Below, piece after piece: positions 51,382 to 61,434 of a stretch of DNA of 64,000 bases. Position 1 is the stretch's first letter; each line of letters starts with the position of its first letter. Below the pieces are notes generated by a model that did no database searches, was not told the origin of the DNA, and worked only from the letters and a program-made list of their open reading frames with translations. Origin of the DNA: Candidatus Latescibacterota bacterium (GTDB lineage Bacteria > Latescibacterota > CBDEFO01). The stretch is from NCBI GenBank assembly GCA_965237525.1, contig CBDEFO010000003.1, positions 64,001 through 128,000 of the forward strand, given 5' to 3'. The position numbers and the translations under genes are program-made.

Positions 51382-52497
51382 TTAGAAAAATACGTGAAGT
51401 TCAAAGGTTAACCGATCTTCACTTTCCCGGGGTCTCTGAGGGACACTATCGTTGATGTGGTAAAACACGCTCAACTGAAGAAACTGGGTTATGAAGGGTT
51501 CCAAGCCAATAGTTACCCTTTCGCTTTCGTCCTCATCAACTTGGGGATCGGCATCGAAAAATCGGTCCCAGAAATCGTAAGTCACCTTGAGGTTGATACC
51601 CTTTGTAATCAAAAAGTCAAGTTCCCCCAAAAAGGCAAGTTCCTTTCCAAAACGGTCGTCCCTGTCACTATCTATAAAGTCTAACTCGCTTAAAAGAGTC
51701 AATCTTCCGAAATTTGCTCCTGCAAAGTGTCCATATACCTTCCTGGTCGTTCCGGGAAACTTGTTCCTTGAAAACGATCCTCCGAACCTGAAATGTCTGA
51801 AAACAACATAACCTATCAAGGACACCTGCTTACTCCTGTTGTCATCAGATAATCCCCGTCCGGACCCGTTGCTTAGAGCTACGCTAAAAGAAAAAGGCCC
51901 GGGCTCTATGCCGCCTTCTATACCGAAGTCTTGTATATTGTAGTTAAACCCCGTCTTCTCCCTTATAAATGCAGCATTGTCCAGGAGTCTTAATCCGAAC
52001 GGGAGCAGCATCCTTCCCGCCTTGAAATAGCCCCTCAAGGGCAGATTGTATAAGATCCCGTATGCCTCCCTGTTGCTTGCCCCAGACGGACCTAAGTTCT
52101 CATCAACATACAAAGTTAGCAAATCCTTTATGAGCTCCATCTCCACATAAGCGTTCGCGGTTCTGATCTCTATGCTGTTATCGTTTTCTCTATCCACTCC
52201 GAATATCGTCTGGTTATTAACCCTCAAATCCGCGCCTAGAGATATATAATCGTTTAGCCTGTTGTCAAAAAGGGCTTCGTTAGAACGTTTGACGAATCTG
52301 TGGGGGAGACGCGTGTAGCTGTACATCAGGCCGAAATCGGTCCTTTTTCCTCCTCCCGTCGGATTCACATGGCACTGGCTGCACTTGTATCCCGTCCTCG
52401 CTGCCAGATAAGGCTCAGCGCGGCAGAACTTTGGAAGAACTACAGCTCCTGAAACTAGTATCCAGATCAGACACACAGCCTTTAACTTTTTTTTCAC
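51382..52497 (-). CDS. Cyc2-like monoheme cytochrome-porin fusion
   Basis: Signal peptide, EPYLAARTGYKCSQCHVNPTGGG..FG, then a beta-barrel ending in Phe. Confidence 0.75.
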   Translation of the reverse strand: MKKKLKAVCLIWILVSGAVVLPKFCRAEPYLAARTGYKCSQCHVNPTGGGKRTDFGLMYSYTRLPHRFVKRSNEALFDNRLNDYISLGADLRVNNQTIFGVDRENDNSIEIRTANAYVEMELIKDLLTLYVDENLGPSGASNREAYGILYNLPLRGYFKAGRMLLPFGLRLLDNAAFIREKTGFNYNIQDFGIEGGIEPGPFSFSVALSNGSGRGLSDDNRSKQVSLIGYVVFRHFRFGGSFSRNKFPGTTRKVYGHFAGANFGRLTLLSELDFIDSDRDDRFGKELAFLGELDFLITKGINLKVTYDFWDRFFDADPQVDEDESERVTIGLEPFITQFLQLSVFYHINDSVPQRPRESEDRLTFELHVFF

Positions 52498-52524
52498 CTT
52501 CCCGCCTGTGACTCGTAGAAGAGT

Positions 52525-53628
52525 TCAATCGTTATTGGCTCCCCTTAATATCCACTCCTTTATCACATCTATTTGCTCCTGGGGCAGGGGTGGCTCACCG
52601 GAAAAGAAAGGCGGCATCTGGTCTCCCACGATTCCGTTCCTGCCTTCCAACTTCCAGATCATATAGCTGTTCTCAGGGTCGCCCGGATCTACTCTCGGGA
52701 TTCCTATCGAACTGTCGACCCCGACCAAATTATCGAAGGACTCGCCCTCCTCAAGGGTGAAAGGCCCTGTCCCTCCTGGGACGTGGCAATTTATACATAT
52801 TGCGCTAAATACATTTTCCTGAATAGCTGACAGCGTGGGCGGGAAGGGTCCGGACATCTGGACGCTGACCATGATATTGACCACCACACTCGACTCGTCG
52901 CTGTCATTGCTTATAATCTCTACCGCACCCTCAGCTGAGGTGGCTTGGAGGAGGGATGTGTTGATCAGCAGCTTAAGGAACACTGACCCACCCGGTGGCA
53001 CTGTTTCATCAGATAGCGCCAGGGGGGTGATCCAGTCGACAGTTGAGACCAGACTGCTCAACGCCAGATCGGCGCTTCCCAGGTTCTGGATAGTCACAGT
53101 AAGAGTGTCCGACTCTCCCTCCACTATCTCTGCGCTGAGATCAAGGGGGGTAACATTTATCTCCGGCAGCGGCATCTCTGTGACGGTCAGGACGATTGCG
53201 ATTGTCTCAGATGGACTCTCTGCGTCGTCGCTCAGGATCGTAAGCGTCCCCTCTGATGAGCCAAGAGGGATATCGGTTGCATCAATCCTAATGAGGATCT
53301 CCAGCGACTCGTCTTGGCCCAGAGCTTTGGAGGCCACAAGCGTCGTGGCCCACGGCACGTCCGAGCTGACACTCAAGACAGTCAGCGGAAACCCTCCCAC
53401 GTTTGTGACCGTCACCGAGACTGTGTCGACCGTTTCCTGAGTCAGCGAAAGGCTGACCTGCCCAGGCGCCACCTGGATCTGAGGCGGACCGAGGGGATTC
53501 CCCTGCGGATCCAAAGTGCTGCCGTCTCCGGCGCAGGACAGAACAGAAATAGCGAACCCCAACAAAAGACATAAAATCCAAACTACCCTATTTTCCGCCT
53601 TGATAGTCCCCGTCCTTCGTCTTCTCAT
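52525..53628 (-). CDS. Lipoprotein with two Ig-like repeats and C-terminal c-type cytochrome
   Basis: Lipobox VLSC; repeated I.S.D..S motifs; CINCH..MP..IKEWI. Confidence 0.8.
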   Translation of the reverse strand: MRRRRTGTIKAENRVVWILCLLLGFAISVLSCAGDGSTLDPQGNPLGPPQIQVAPGQVSLSLTQETVDTVSVTVTNVGGFPLTVLSVSSDVPWATTLVASKALGQDESLEILIRIDATDIPLGSSEGTLTILSDDAESPSETIAIVLTVTEMPLPEINVTPLDLSAEIVEGESDTLTVTIQNLGSADLALSSLVSTVDWITPLALSDETVPPGGSVFLKLLINTSLLQATSAEGAVEIISNDSDESSVVVNIMVSVQMSGPFPPTLSAIQENVFSAICINCHVPGGTGPFTLEEGESFDNLVGVDSSIGIPRVDPGDPENSYMIWKLEGRNGIVGDQMPPFFSGEPPLPQEQIDVIKEWILRGANND

Positions 53629-54556
53629 TATCCTCCCAGAACAGCTTGTAAAAGAATCCCTTTTTCTCTGTAAGAGACTGAACGTAGTGAACCAAAGACC
53701 ACTTCCTACTCACCTCTATAGCGGTCTTCTCCTCATCTGACATAGTGTCCCTTTCCTGCCTTGTAATCAGACTCTTTATGTAATCCTTAACCCCTTTGAT
53801 TTCATCATCAGAGTAATAACCCTCAAAGGTCACAAGGTCCTGATAGCTTTCTCTCGTAAAGAGAAAACTCCTGGCGTAGGAGGGCATGGGAGTTCCGCTC
53901 AAGCCCGTATTAAACACCCTGTAGATGTCCTTATTCGCCCGACCGCCTTTGTACTCTCCCTTTGTAAAATCATAAGCCTCTATCGGATTTCCCCAGCTGT
54001 CTTTGAGATTATCGGAAGAGGGGCCATCGCCTTTTCCCCTCTTGCCGTGACATTTCCAGCACTGCATGAGCATGTATATCTTTTCACCCTGGGCTATCGT
54101 CTCCTGGGTGACCGGCATCTCCTGTGGTATATCTATCGGCGCTTTAGGCCTTCTTTTTTCAAACTTACTTGAAAAGGTCTTGATGTACTGAATTACAAAC
54201 ATCCGCTCGTCCTCCGAGAGAATATCTCCCCAGGCGGGCATGGAAGTACCCGGAATTCCCCTGGATATAGTCCTGAATATATCCTCATCTGCAGGAAGAG
54301 ATCCCGATGGCGTAGAGCGGAACTTGTAAGCCCCCTTGGTAAAGTCTCTCGGCTTGGGATCAAGATACTTCGCAGCGGGTCCACTTCCGTTCCCGCTCTG
54401 GCTGTGACACGCTGCGCACGCCTTATTGTATATCCTCTCTCCCCTGAGGGCTGAGACGCTCCATTCCTTGCTTGATTGGCTGTCAGAGGAAAAGGCGCAG
54501 CCAGGAACGCAGAGCCACAAGACGTTGACAGTCCAGAAAATAGGAATTGACCTCAT
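53588..54556 (-). CDS. Periplasmic diheme cytochrome c
   Basis: CAACH..PRDF..MP and CWKCH..MP. Confidence 0.88.
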   Translation of the reverse strand: MRSIPIFWTVNVLWLCVPGCAFSSDSQSSKEWSVSALRGERIYNKACAACHSQSGNGSGPAAKYLDPKPRDFTKGAYKFRSTPSGSLPADEDIFRTISRGIPGTSMPAWGDILSEDERMFVIQYIKTFSSKFEKRRPKAPIDIPQEMPVTQETIAQGEKIYMLMQCWKCHGKRGKGDGPSSDNLKDSWGNPIEAYDFTKGEYKGGRANKDIYRVFNTGLSGTPMPSYARSFLFTRESYQDLVTFEGYYSDDEIKGVKDYIKSLITRQERDTMSDEEKTAIEVSRKWSLVHYVQSLTEKKGFFYKLFWEDNEKTKDGDYQGGK

Positions 54557-54848
54557 TCTTAGCTCCCGTAATCATCCTTCTCAAATAAAAAGCGACAGAT
54601 GCTGTAACCCATCGCCTGAAGGTCTACTCTTTCGCCCCCTCGATAACACAAGCAATTTAATACATAAAATATCAAATGTCAAGGAAGATTTGACGCACAT
54701 ATAGATAGCCCTACGCATAAGCTTAAGTTTATAGTTGACAATCATCTTTTGCTGTTTTATCTTTCGTGATGAGTAGAACCTTGGCTATAGGCACTGCAAA
54801 TCGCAGATTAAACTATTTTATGCGATAACCCTAAAGAAGGTGATAAGA

Positions 54849-55697
54849 ATGAAAGTATCAAAAGATAAAATCAGGAGGCCTGCAGTTGCGGGTCAGTTCT
54901 ACTCTGGCGACCCTGAGGTCCTAAAAAGAGAGGTTGTGGAACTTTTAGAGCACGCCGATGACGCCGATGTCAAGGGACAAATCACTGCCCTTATGTGTCC
55001 ACACGCGGGATACCCCTACTCAGGCAGGATAGCCGCATCAGCCTACAAACAGATCCAGGGACAGGACATAGACACAGTCGTAGTCACAGCGCCAAGCCAC
55101 AGGGATGTCTTCCAGGGGGCCTCCATCTACAACGGAGGAGCCTACCAGACCCCATTGGGGACTATTCCTGTGGATGTGGAACTTGCTTGTGCCATGGCCC
55201 AGCAAGATCCTGACATATTCCGTCTCGGAGACGACGGGCACAAGGATGAACACTCCTTAGAAGTTCAACTTCCCTTTTTGCAGGAAACCCTAAAAAACTT
55301 CAGGATCGTCCCCATAGTCCTTTGCGAGCTTTCTCTTGATCTTGTAAAACGCCTCGCCGACGCTGTTGCCTCCGCTATAAAGGGCAGGAAACTCCTCATC
55401 GTCGCAAGCTCTGACCTCTATCACGGTTACTCATATAAAGAGTGCTTACGATCCGATTCTAAGACCCTCTCCAAGATCGAAGAGTTCGACCCTGAGGGCT
55501 TTTTTGAAGGAATCCAGAAAGAGGACTACCAGGCCTGTGGAGCAGGGCCTATAACCACAGCCCTTTTAACCTCCCGGAAGATAGGAGCTGACAAGGCCCA
55601 AATAATCGCAAGGACTAACTCCAATGACGTGACGGGTCAAAGGTTCGGATACGTCGTTGGCTACGGGGCCTCTGTCATCTATAAGTCCGATCTGTAA
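54849..55697 (+). CDS. amrB: AmmeMemoRadiSam system protein B (MEMO1 family)
   Basis: RRPAVAGQFY, PHAGY, EHSLEVQLPFLQ, SSDL, VVGY. Confidence 0.92.
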   Translation: MKVSKDKIRRPAVAGQFYSGDPEVLKREVVELLEHADDADVKGQITALMCPHAGYPYSGRIAASAYKQIQGQDIDTVVVTAPSHRDVFQGASIYNGGAYQTPLGTIPVDVELACAMAQQDPDIFRLGDDGHKDEHSLEVQLPFLQETLKNFRIVPIVLCELSLDLVKRLADAVASAIKGRKLLIVASSDLYHGYSYKECLRSDSKTLSKIEEFDPEGFFEGIQKEDYQACGAGPITTALLTSRKIGADKAQIIARTNSNDVTGQRFGYVVGYGASVIYKSDL

Positions 55698-55718
55698 GCG
55701 AAAACCGGTGGAAAGAAA

Positions 55719-56264
55719 ATGGGATTTTCCGAAGATGAGAAGGAAAAACTCCTCAAAATCGCCAGAACCACTGTAGAGCAGGTCGCAAAGGGGAAAGGAA
55801 TCCCTGACTTTGAAGTCGAATCGGAGGCGCTGAAAAAGGAGTGCGGCGCCTTCGTCAGCATCCACAAGGGCAAAGACTTAAGAGGATGCGTAGGCTTCAT
55901 ACGCGCCTGTGATCCCCTGTACATCACAGTCCGAAACGCCGCCGAAGCCGCAGCGGCACGAGACCACAGATTCTCCCCCCTAAAAAAGGGAGAACTTGGC
56001 AGAATAAAACTCGAAATCTCCGTCCTCTCTCCCCTAAAGAAGATAGAAAATGTAGACGAGATCCAAGTCGGAAGAGACGGGATAGTGATAAGAAAAGGAG
56101 TAAACCAGGGGCTTCTTCTTCCTCAAGTTGCGACTGAGTTCGACTGGGATCGCACGACGTTCCTCGAACACACGTGCCTTAAAGCCAATCTCCCGAAAGA
56201 TTCCTGGAAAGACCCCGAAGCAGAAATATGGATCTTTTCAGCCGATGTATTTCAAGAGGAGTAG
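55719..56264 (+). CDS. amrA: AmmeMemoRadiSam system protein A (AMMECR1)
   Basis: GAFVS, LRGCVG, EISVLS, LLPQVA. Confidence 0.93.
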   Translation: MGFSEDEKEKLLKIARTTVEQVAKGKGIPDFEVESEALKKECGAFVSIHKGKDLRGCVGFIRACDPLYITVRNAAEAAAARDHRFSPLKKGELGRIKLEISVLSPLKKIENVDEIQVGRDGIVIRKGVNQGLLLPQVATEFDWDRTTFLEHTCLKANLPKDSWKDPEAEIWIFSADVFQEE

Positions 56265-56392
56265 CATACATAAAGTATTCAGCAGACATCAAAAAAGGAC
56301 ATTGTTTCGGTGCTTTGCCCCTCGCAATGACTAGGGGGCCCCAAGCCAAACAATGTCATTGTGATCCCCAACTTAATCGGGGGCCTGTCTAC

Positions 56393-57814
56393 TTAAAATT
56401 TATAGCTTCCGGAGAAGAATAACCTCCTTGTCTCCTCGTCCCGGTCGACTTCAGATCTTATCTGTCTGAAGACTGCACGCGACCACGCAAAGTCCAACTG
56501 AAGCGACTGATCTATCAGGACTCCTGCTCCTAATGTGATAAAGTCCCGGTCGTCCTTTATATCGACAGGAAGCTCTCCGAGCACGGTCAAGGTCGGACCT
56601 ACGAAAGATAGCGGGTCTCTGTAGAATCCTCCCCGCAGTTTGACCTCAACTAAAGGAAGTGAATATTCGGCTCCTATGTGGAATCTGGTGACTCCTTTGT
56701 ACTGCTTATCGAAGTCAGCTTTTCCGTCCCCATCTATGTCCTCTACAAAGGAGATCTCTTCACGGAACTCATCCTGGAAGGTAAAGATAGGGTCCTCTTT
56801 GAACTCGGTCTCATCCCAGGATGCGAAGCTCATATCGGCGCTTAGAATGAAGCTCGGAAAGGACAGCGAACCTCCAATTCCGAACTCGAAGGGGATACGG
56901 ATTTTATACTCTCCTAAAAAGGGCGTAGGGTCCCTGAAATCTATGGTTACGCTGTCTGGTTCTTCCTCGAACCAAAGGGTATCCGCAAATTCACTCCGAC
57001 CTTCCACCTTTATCTTATAGGTAACGGGGCTGGAAACGGCAGCTCCAAGGCGAAAATGTTTCCCTCCTTTAATAAGTATCCCCAGCCTGGCGTTGAATCC
57101 GCTGTATTCATCGGATCGGGATATTGCGTTAAAGAGACCGATTATGTCTGGATTGGTGTCAGGGTCATTGACGAATGATTTGGCGGAAATATCGGCTATT
57201 TGTGAAAATTCGTCGCCGCCGTCCCATATATTCAGGGCTAGTCCCAAAGAGACAGACGGCGAAATGTCCGTCGCGCCTGCTATGGAAAAGACCCCCAATC
57301 CTCCTTCATCTCTTTGCTGGACATCGTTCTCATATTCAAATATGGTGTCATCCACACCTTTATATCGGATCTTCGAATCGAAATCTTTGATCCTGTTATA
57401 GCCTATAGCGAAGACCAGGCTCCCCTGATATACGGGGACAGGATAGACAAACCCCAAAGACCCGAGGGGCGTGTTGGAGATGTCATCCGATCTTTTGGTC
57501 CCAAAGAAGGTCGTTTCCGTTTCGTGTCTGGCTTGGATGATAGCGCCATAGATTTCGGCTCTTTTTATCTGAGCCAATCCGGCGGGGTTCCAGTAGGTGG
57601 CGGAAAAGTCATCTGCGACTCCGATATAGGCTCCTCCCATCCCCATAGCCCTCGCCCCCACACCCGAGAAATTGTCTATAGACACCTCCTGTCCCGACGC
57701 ACTTCCTGAAGCTAAAAAGAATATAACCGCCAAGAGAGTTCTGATCCCGGACCCCCGATTTAATCGGCGCTTTACTCGGGGGCAGGGTTGATCAATAGAA
57801 CGATCCATCTCCAT
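56393..57814 (-). CDS. FadL/OmpP1/PorV-like outer-membrane barrel
   Basis: GARAMGMGGA..ADD..YWNPAGL; terminal YKF. Confidence 0.85.
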   Translation of the reverse strand: MEMDRSIDQPCPRVKRRLNRGSGIRTLLAVIFFLASGSASGQEVSIDNFSGVGARAMGMGGAYIGVADDFSATYWNPAGLAQIKRAEIYGAIIQARHETETTFFGTKRSDDISNTPLGSLGFVYPVPVYQGSLVFAIGYNRIKDFDSKIRYKGVDDTIFEYENDVQQRDEGGLGVFSIAGATDISPSVSLGLALNIWDGGDEFSQIADISAKSFVNDPDTNPDIIGLFNAISRSDEYSGFNARLGILIKGGKHFRLGAAVSSPVTYKIKVEGRSEFADTLWFEEEPDSVTIDFRDPTPFLGEYKIRIPFEFGIGGSLSFPSFILSADMSFASWDETEFKEDPIFTFQDEFREEISFVEDIDGDGKADFDKQYKGVTRFHIGAEYSLPLVEVKLRGGFYRDPLSFVGPTLTVLGELPVDIKDDRDFITLGAGVLIDQSLQLDFAWSRAVFRQIRSEVDRDEETRRLFFSGSYKF

Positions 57815-58100
57815 TCCTTTCTATCCGTTGGTAGCTCAGACGACTTCGTGTGCTTATCGCTTTCTTGCCACATCCTGCCTCCTGCAGAAGAGGGATAGCA
57901 GCAATGCACGGAGTGCCCTGCCCCTGATTGAATCTATTGGGAGTCAGGGATCAATATGTTTGCAAGTCGTCTGTTTGCCTTATTTTATGAACTAATGGAA
58001 GCCTTAAGTTAGACTAATCAGGCCTCGTTTGGTTTCTGAACTTTTTGAAGTGCATAGAACACAAGTACTTGAAATCGTCCCGCGATGGCAACGAGGAACT

Positions 58101-58592
58101 CTACTCTTTACCGTCTCTATGTATAATACTATGTATAATATGCTCTGTCACCTCAGGGATCGAATTGAGGGATTCTTGCAGGAATGTCGGGCATAGTGGG
58201 ATCTTGTCAAGTTCGGAAGGTTGAAACCACTTAAAGATCAGTACCACTCCTTCTTCATCTCCTGGAAACGGTTCATCTGTCATATACAGATGGGGATCGT
58301 CTGGAAAGGTCATCAATAAATAGAACCCTAACTCGTGATTGGATTTGCCGTCATGTTCAAAGAAGTTTTGACAACCCAGACCAATCTCTCAACCTGGATC
58401 TCAACACCGAGTTCCTCTCGCATCTCCCTTCTCAGTGCATCTCTTGCGGGCTCCAGTAGCTCACATCTCCCTCCCAGCAGGCACCCAGGAGTCATCTATT
58501 CTTGTTCAGTGAAGCAGAACTCGACCGCCATTCAGGACGATCCCGGCTACTCGATAAGTGAACTTTATTTTATCTTTTTCAAATCTGATCAT
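58101..58592 (-). pseudogene. NUDIX hydrolase pseudogene
   Basis: MIRF..YRVAGIVL..LLH*; Nudix box GGRCELLEPARDALRREMREELG; one stop and two frameshifts. Confidence 0.8.
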
Positions 58593-58624
58593 TTTCCTGG
58601 AGCACGATTTCATTTACCATCTAC

Positions 58625-59359
58625 CTATCGCGAGGCCACCACCACACCGACCGGCTTTATATTGTCAACCACCACTTCCACAGTCACCGCCTTGGGGGAC
58701 TGCACAGCCAAAAAGACAGCCGCATGGGCTATATCTTCAGGGTCCATCCACTTGGACCAATCCTCATCGGGGAAACCGGCTTTGGACATCTCAGTCGCCA
58801 CCACTGCCGGACAGATCACGTTGACTTTTATATCAAACTCTTTGACCTCCTCAGATAGGGAATGTGTAAATCCTACAACGGCGAACTTGGAGGCACAGTA
58901 CGCCGTCCGCTTCGGGAAACCTATTTTTCCAGCCAAAGACGAGATGTTAATTATATGTCCGCTCTTCTGCTCCATCATAGCCTCTATCACAGCCTTTGAG
59001 CAGAGAAACGTCCCTCGTACATTCACAGCCATAGTTTTGTCCCACTGACTGACTGTAGTGTCCTTGAGGGTCTCCCTGAAGATCGCTCCAGCGCTGTTTA
59101 CAAGGACGTCAATCCTGCCGAAGACATCCCTCGTCCTTTCGACCATACCGTAAACGTCGCTTTCTTCCGACACATCGGCTGTCAACGGGAGTGCCTCGAC
59201 TCCTAATGACTGCGCTTCCACTGCCACCTTCTCTATTTCTGACTCGGTCCTTGCCACAGGGACAATATTTGCACCTTCTCTGGCAAAAGCCAAGGCTATG
59301 GCTCTCCCGATTCCCCTTCCTCCTCCCGTTATAATAGCTGTTTTGTCTTTCATCTGCAT
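58625..59359 (-). CDS. SDR-family oxidoreductase
   Basis: TGGGRGIG, NSAG, YCASK. Confidence 0.92.
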   Translation of the reverse strand: MQMKDKTAIITGGGRGIGRAIALAFAREGANIVPVARTESEIEKVAVEAQSLGVEALPLTADVSEESDVYGMVERTRDVFGRIDVLVNSAGAIFRETLKDTTVSQWDKTMAVNVRGTFLCSKAVIEAMMEQKSGHIINISSLAGKIGFPKRTAYCASKFAVVGFTHSLSEEVKEFDIKVNVICPAVVATEMSKAGFPDEDWSKWMDPEDIAHAAVFLAVQSPKAVTVEVVVDNIKPVGVVVASR

Positions 59360-59604
59360 GTGATATCTCCCCACAAAGGCAGTAGACCCTCGATTGAATC
59401 TATCGGGCGTACACAGGGCACCGCCTCCCATCCCTTGAGTCCCCGATTGAATCTATCGGGGACTCAAGCCGGGTGTCCCTCGCAACGACGTTAAAGAATA
59501 AGCAACGCCATTACGAGCCGAAGCCCAGAGCGAAGCGAAGGGTCAGCGAAGTGATCTCGGAAGGAGGAAGATGTGCTCCCCGTATGCTATCTATTGTTTG
59601 GTGT

Positions 59605-60621
59605 CTACTTAATCTTGACCTCTTTTCCCATCTTAGATGAGCGATAAATCCCGTCGAGCATCCGCATCAGCATAATCCCCTGCTCGGCTGACGGCATAGG
59701 TTCTTTACCCTTGGTGACGCAATCTATAAAGTGCTCAATCTCCAAGGCAAATGGGTTTAAGTCCTTCACATTGGGAGTGATGTCCATCAAAGTGCCCTTC
59801 CGCTCTGTGTATATCACAAGCGGGTCTAACTGCGCTCCACCTTTGGTTCCAGCGATAGTATTAAACGATCCGCTTTCATAGTTGACCGCCCAGGTAGCCT
59901 CTACATAGAGCGTGGCGCCATTCTCGAACTTAATGAGTCCAAACGCCGAATCGTCCACGTCAAATTTGACCTTCTTGGGGAGGGTATTTCCGAACTCTGA
60001 ATAGACCGATCCCGACACAGATACTGGCCTGGGATTTCCCATCATATACCATGCCCTGTCGAGCGCATGAACCCCGATGTCAATCAGTGCTCCCCCTCCC
60101 GCTCTCAACTTGTCCAGAAACCAGCCTCCTGAACCTAAGGGGATATCTCTCCTTCTGACATAACCTGGCCTGGCGAAATATATCTTGCCTAAATCTCCCG
60201 ACTCCACAAAATCCTTGACTATCTGGACGTCGGGCCTGAAGCGCTGCATCAGGGCATACATGAGGATCTTGCCGTTTCCCAATGCCACATCTGCCATCTT
60301 TTGTGCCTCTCTGGCGTTCAGTGCGGGAGGCTTTTCACATAAAACGTGCTTGCTGGCTTTCAGGGCGTCAATAGTAACCGGGCTGTGGAGGTAGTTCGGA
60401 AGGCAGACGCTCACAGCATCGATCTTCTCATTTCTCAACAGATCCTCGTGGTCGCTATAAGCTTCCTTCACATCATTTTCCGAAGCTATCCGTTGGGCAA
60501 GCACTGCGTCAATATCGCACAGCGCCTCCACCTTAACTTTCTTTATAGCCTTATAGTGCCTCAGGTGTTCTTGTCCAAGCCAACCTAAACCTATGACCCC
60601 TATCCCCACCTTCCGGGGCAT
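59605..60621 (-). CDS. Gfo/Idh/MocA oxidoreductase
   Basis: GLGWLG, CEKP, GGGALIDIGVH. Confidence 0.92.
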   Translation of the reverse strand: MPRKVGIGVIGLGWLGQEHLRHYKAIKKVKVEALCDIDAVLAQRIASENDVKEAYSDHEDLLRNEKIDAVSVCLPNYLHSPVTIDALKASKHVLCEKPPALNAREAQKMADVALGNGKILMYALMQRFRPDVQIVKDFVESGDLGKIYFARPGYVRRRDIPLGSGGWFLDKLRAGGGALIDIGVHALDRAWYMMGNPRPVSVSGSVYSEFGNTLPKKVKFDVDDSAFGLIKFENGATLYVEATWAVNYESGSFNTIAGTKGGAQLDPLVIYTERKGTLMDITPNVKDLNPFALEIEHFIDCVTKGKEPMPSAEQGIMLMRMLDGIYRSSKMGKEVKIK

Positions 60622-60751
60622 TTTCAAGTCCTCCGCAGCATACGTAGCTACATCGCGATAAAATAAGCGACTCGGCACCATCGGAATAGAAGACGGAGTC
60701 TATCTGAACACAATAAGCACGCATCACAGATCGCTCGGCAGAAGAAGCAGT

Positions 60752-60901
60752 TCAGGCACATACACCCTCCAGCTCTTTTGGGCTCCGAGCAGCCAGCTCC
60801 AACTTCGCCTCTTCTTCTGCAACAGTTAAGGCGATAGCTTTGCCTACACCGATCCTGCTTCCCACGATAATCGCAGTTTTTCCTTCTGGCAGCTTGCCCA
60901 A
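60752..60901 (-). pseudogene. SDR N-terminal fragment
   Basis: GKTAIIVGSRIGVGKAIALTVAEEEAKLELAARS; degenerate Rossmann motif. Confidence 0.6.
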
Positions 60902-61184
60902 ACGACATGCTTTCCTATCATAACTCTACATTGCTATTTACGTCCAAACGATACATGGGCCAATATAGCCAAGATCGATTTCAAAGTCAACCCCCGATTC
61001 AATCCATTTGGAGGAGAAGTTTCTCACAATTGAGTATAGCGTTCATAGAGCTGTGTTTCCCCTTGCGTATTCTGTTGCAATGTCCTATTTTATCTTACAT
61101 CGGATCAAATGAGCACAAAAGGTACCATAGAGAAAAAGATAGCTTGAAACTTGTCCTCACGAAAGTGGGGAACGGAGGGAGATA

Positions 61185-61394
61185 ATGGCGAACGATACAA
61201 CTTATGAAGATTTGGCTGTGCAGAGGGAACAGGCCGTTCAGATCGTCCTTGTCTCCATAAACAACGGAGCGCTATCTATCGGCTCGTTTCCCAAGGGACA
61301 CCAAGCCAGACGCAATGAGATATGCAGATACATCGAGGCTATAGCTAAATCAGCGTACGAATCGGTCAGGAACATGAGGCCGGAGGGTGAATAG
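61185..61394 (+). CDS. Small hypothetical protein
   Basis: Strong RBS GGAGGG before ATG; 69 aa. Confidence 0.55.
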   Translation: MANDTTYEDLAVQREQAVQIVLVSINNGALSIGSFPKGHQARRNEICRYIEAIAKSAYESVRNMRPEGE

Positions 61395-61434
61395 CCTTAA
61401 AGCTGAGTTCAGCAAGTGCAAGGACACGTTAGCA

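Noticed and set aside
58478..58520. In-frame TGA in the NUDIX gene as selenocysteine
   Set aside because: The position is not a Cys site and the gene has two more frameshifts; plain pseudogene.
60648..60908. 86-aa Cys-rich ORF as a metallothionein or RiPP precursor
   Set aside because: An overlapping frame on the same strand is a recognisable SDR N-terminus, so the Cys richness is probably a frame shadow.
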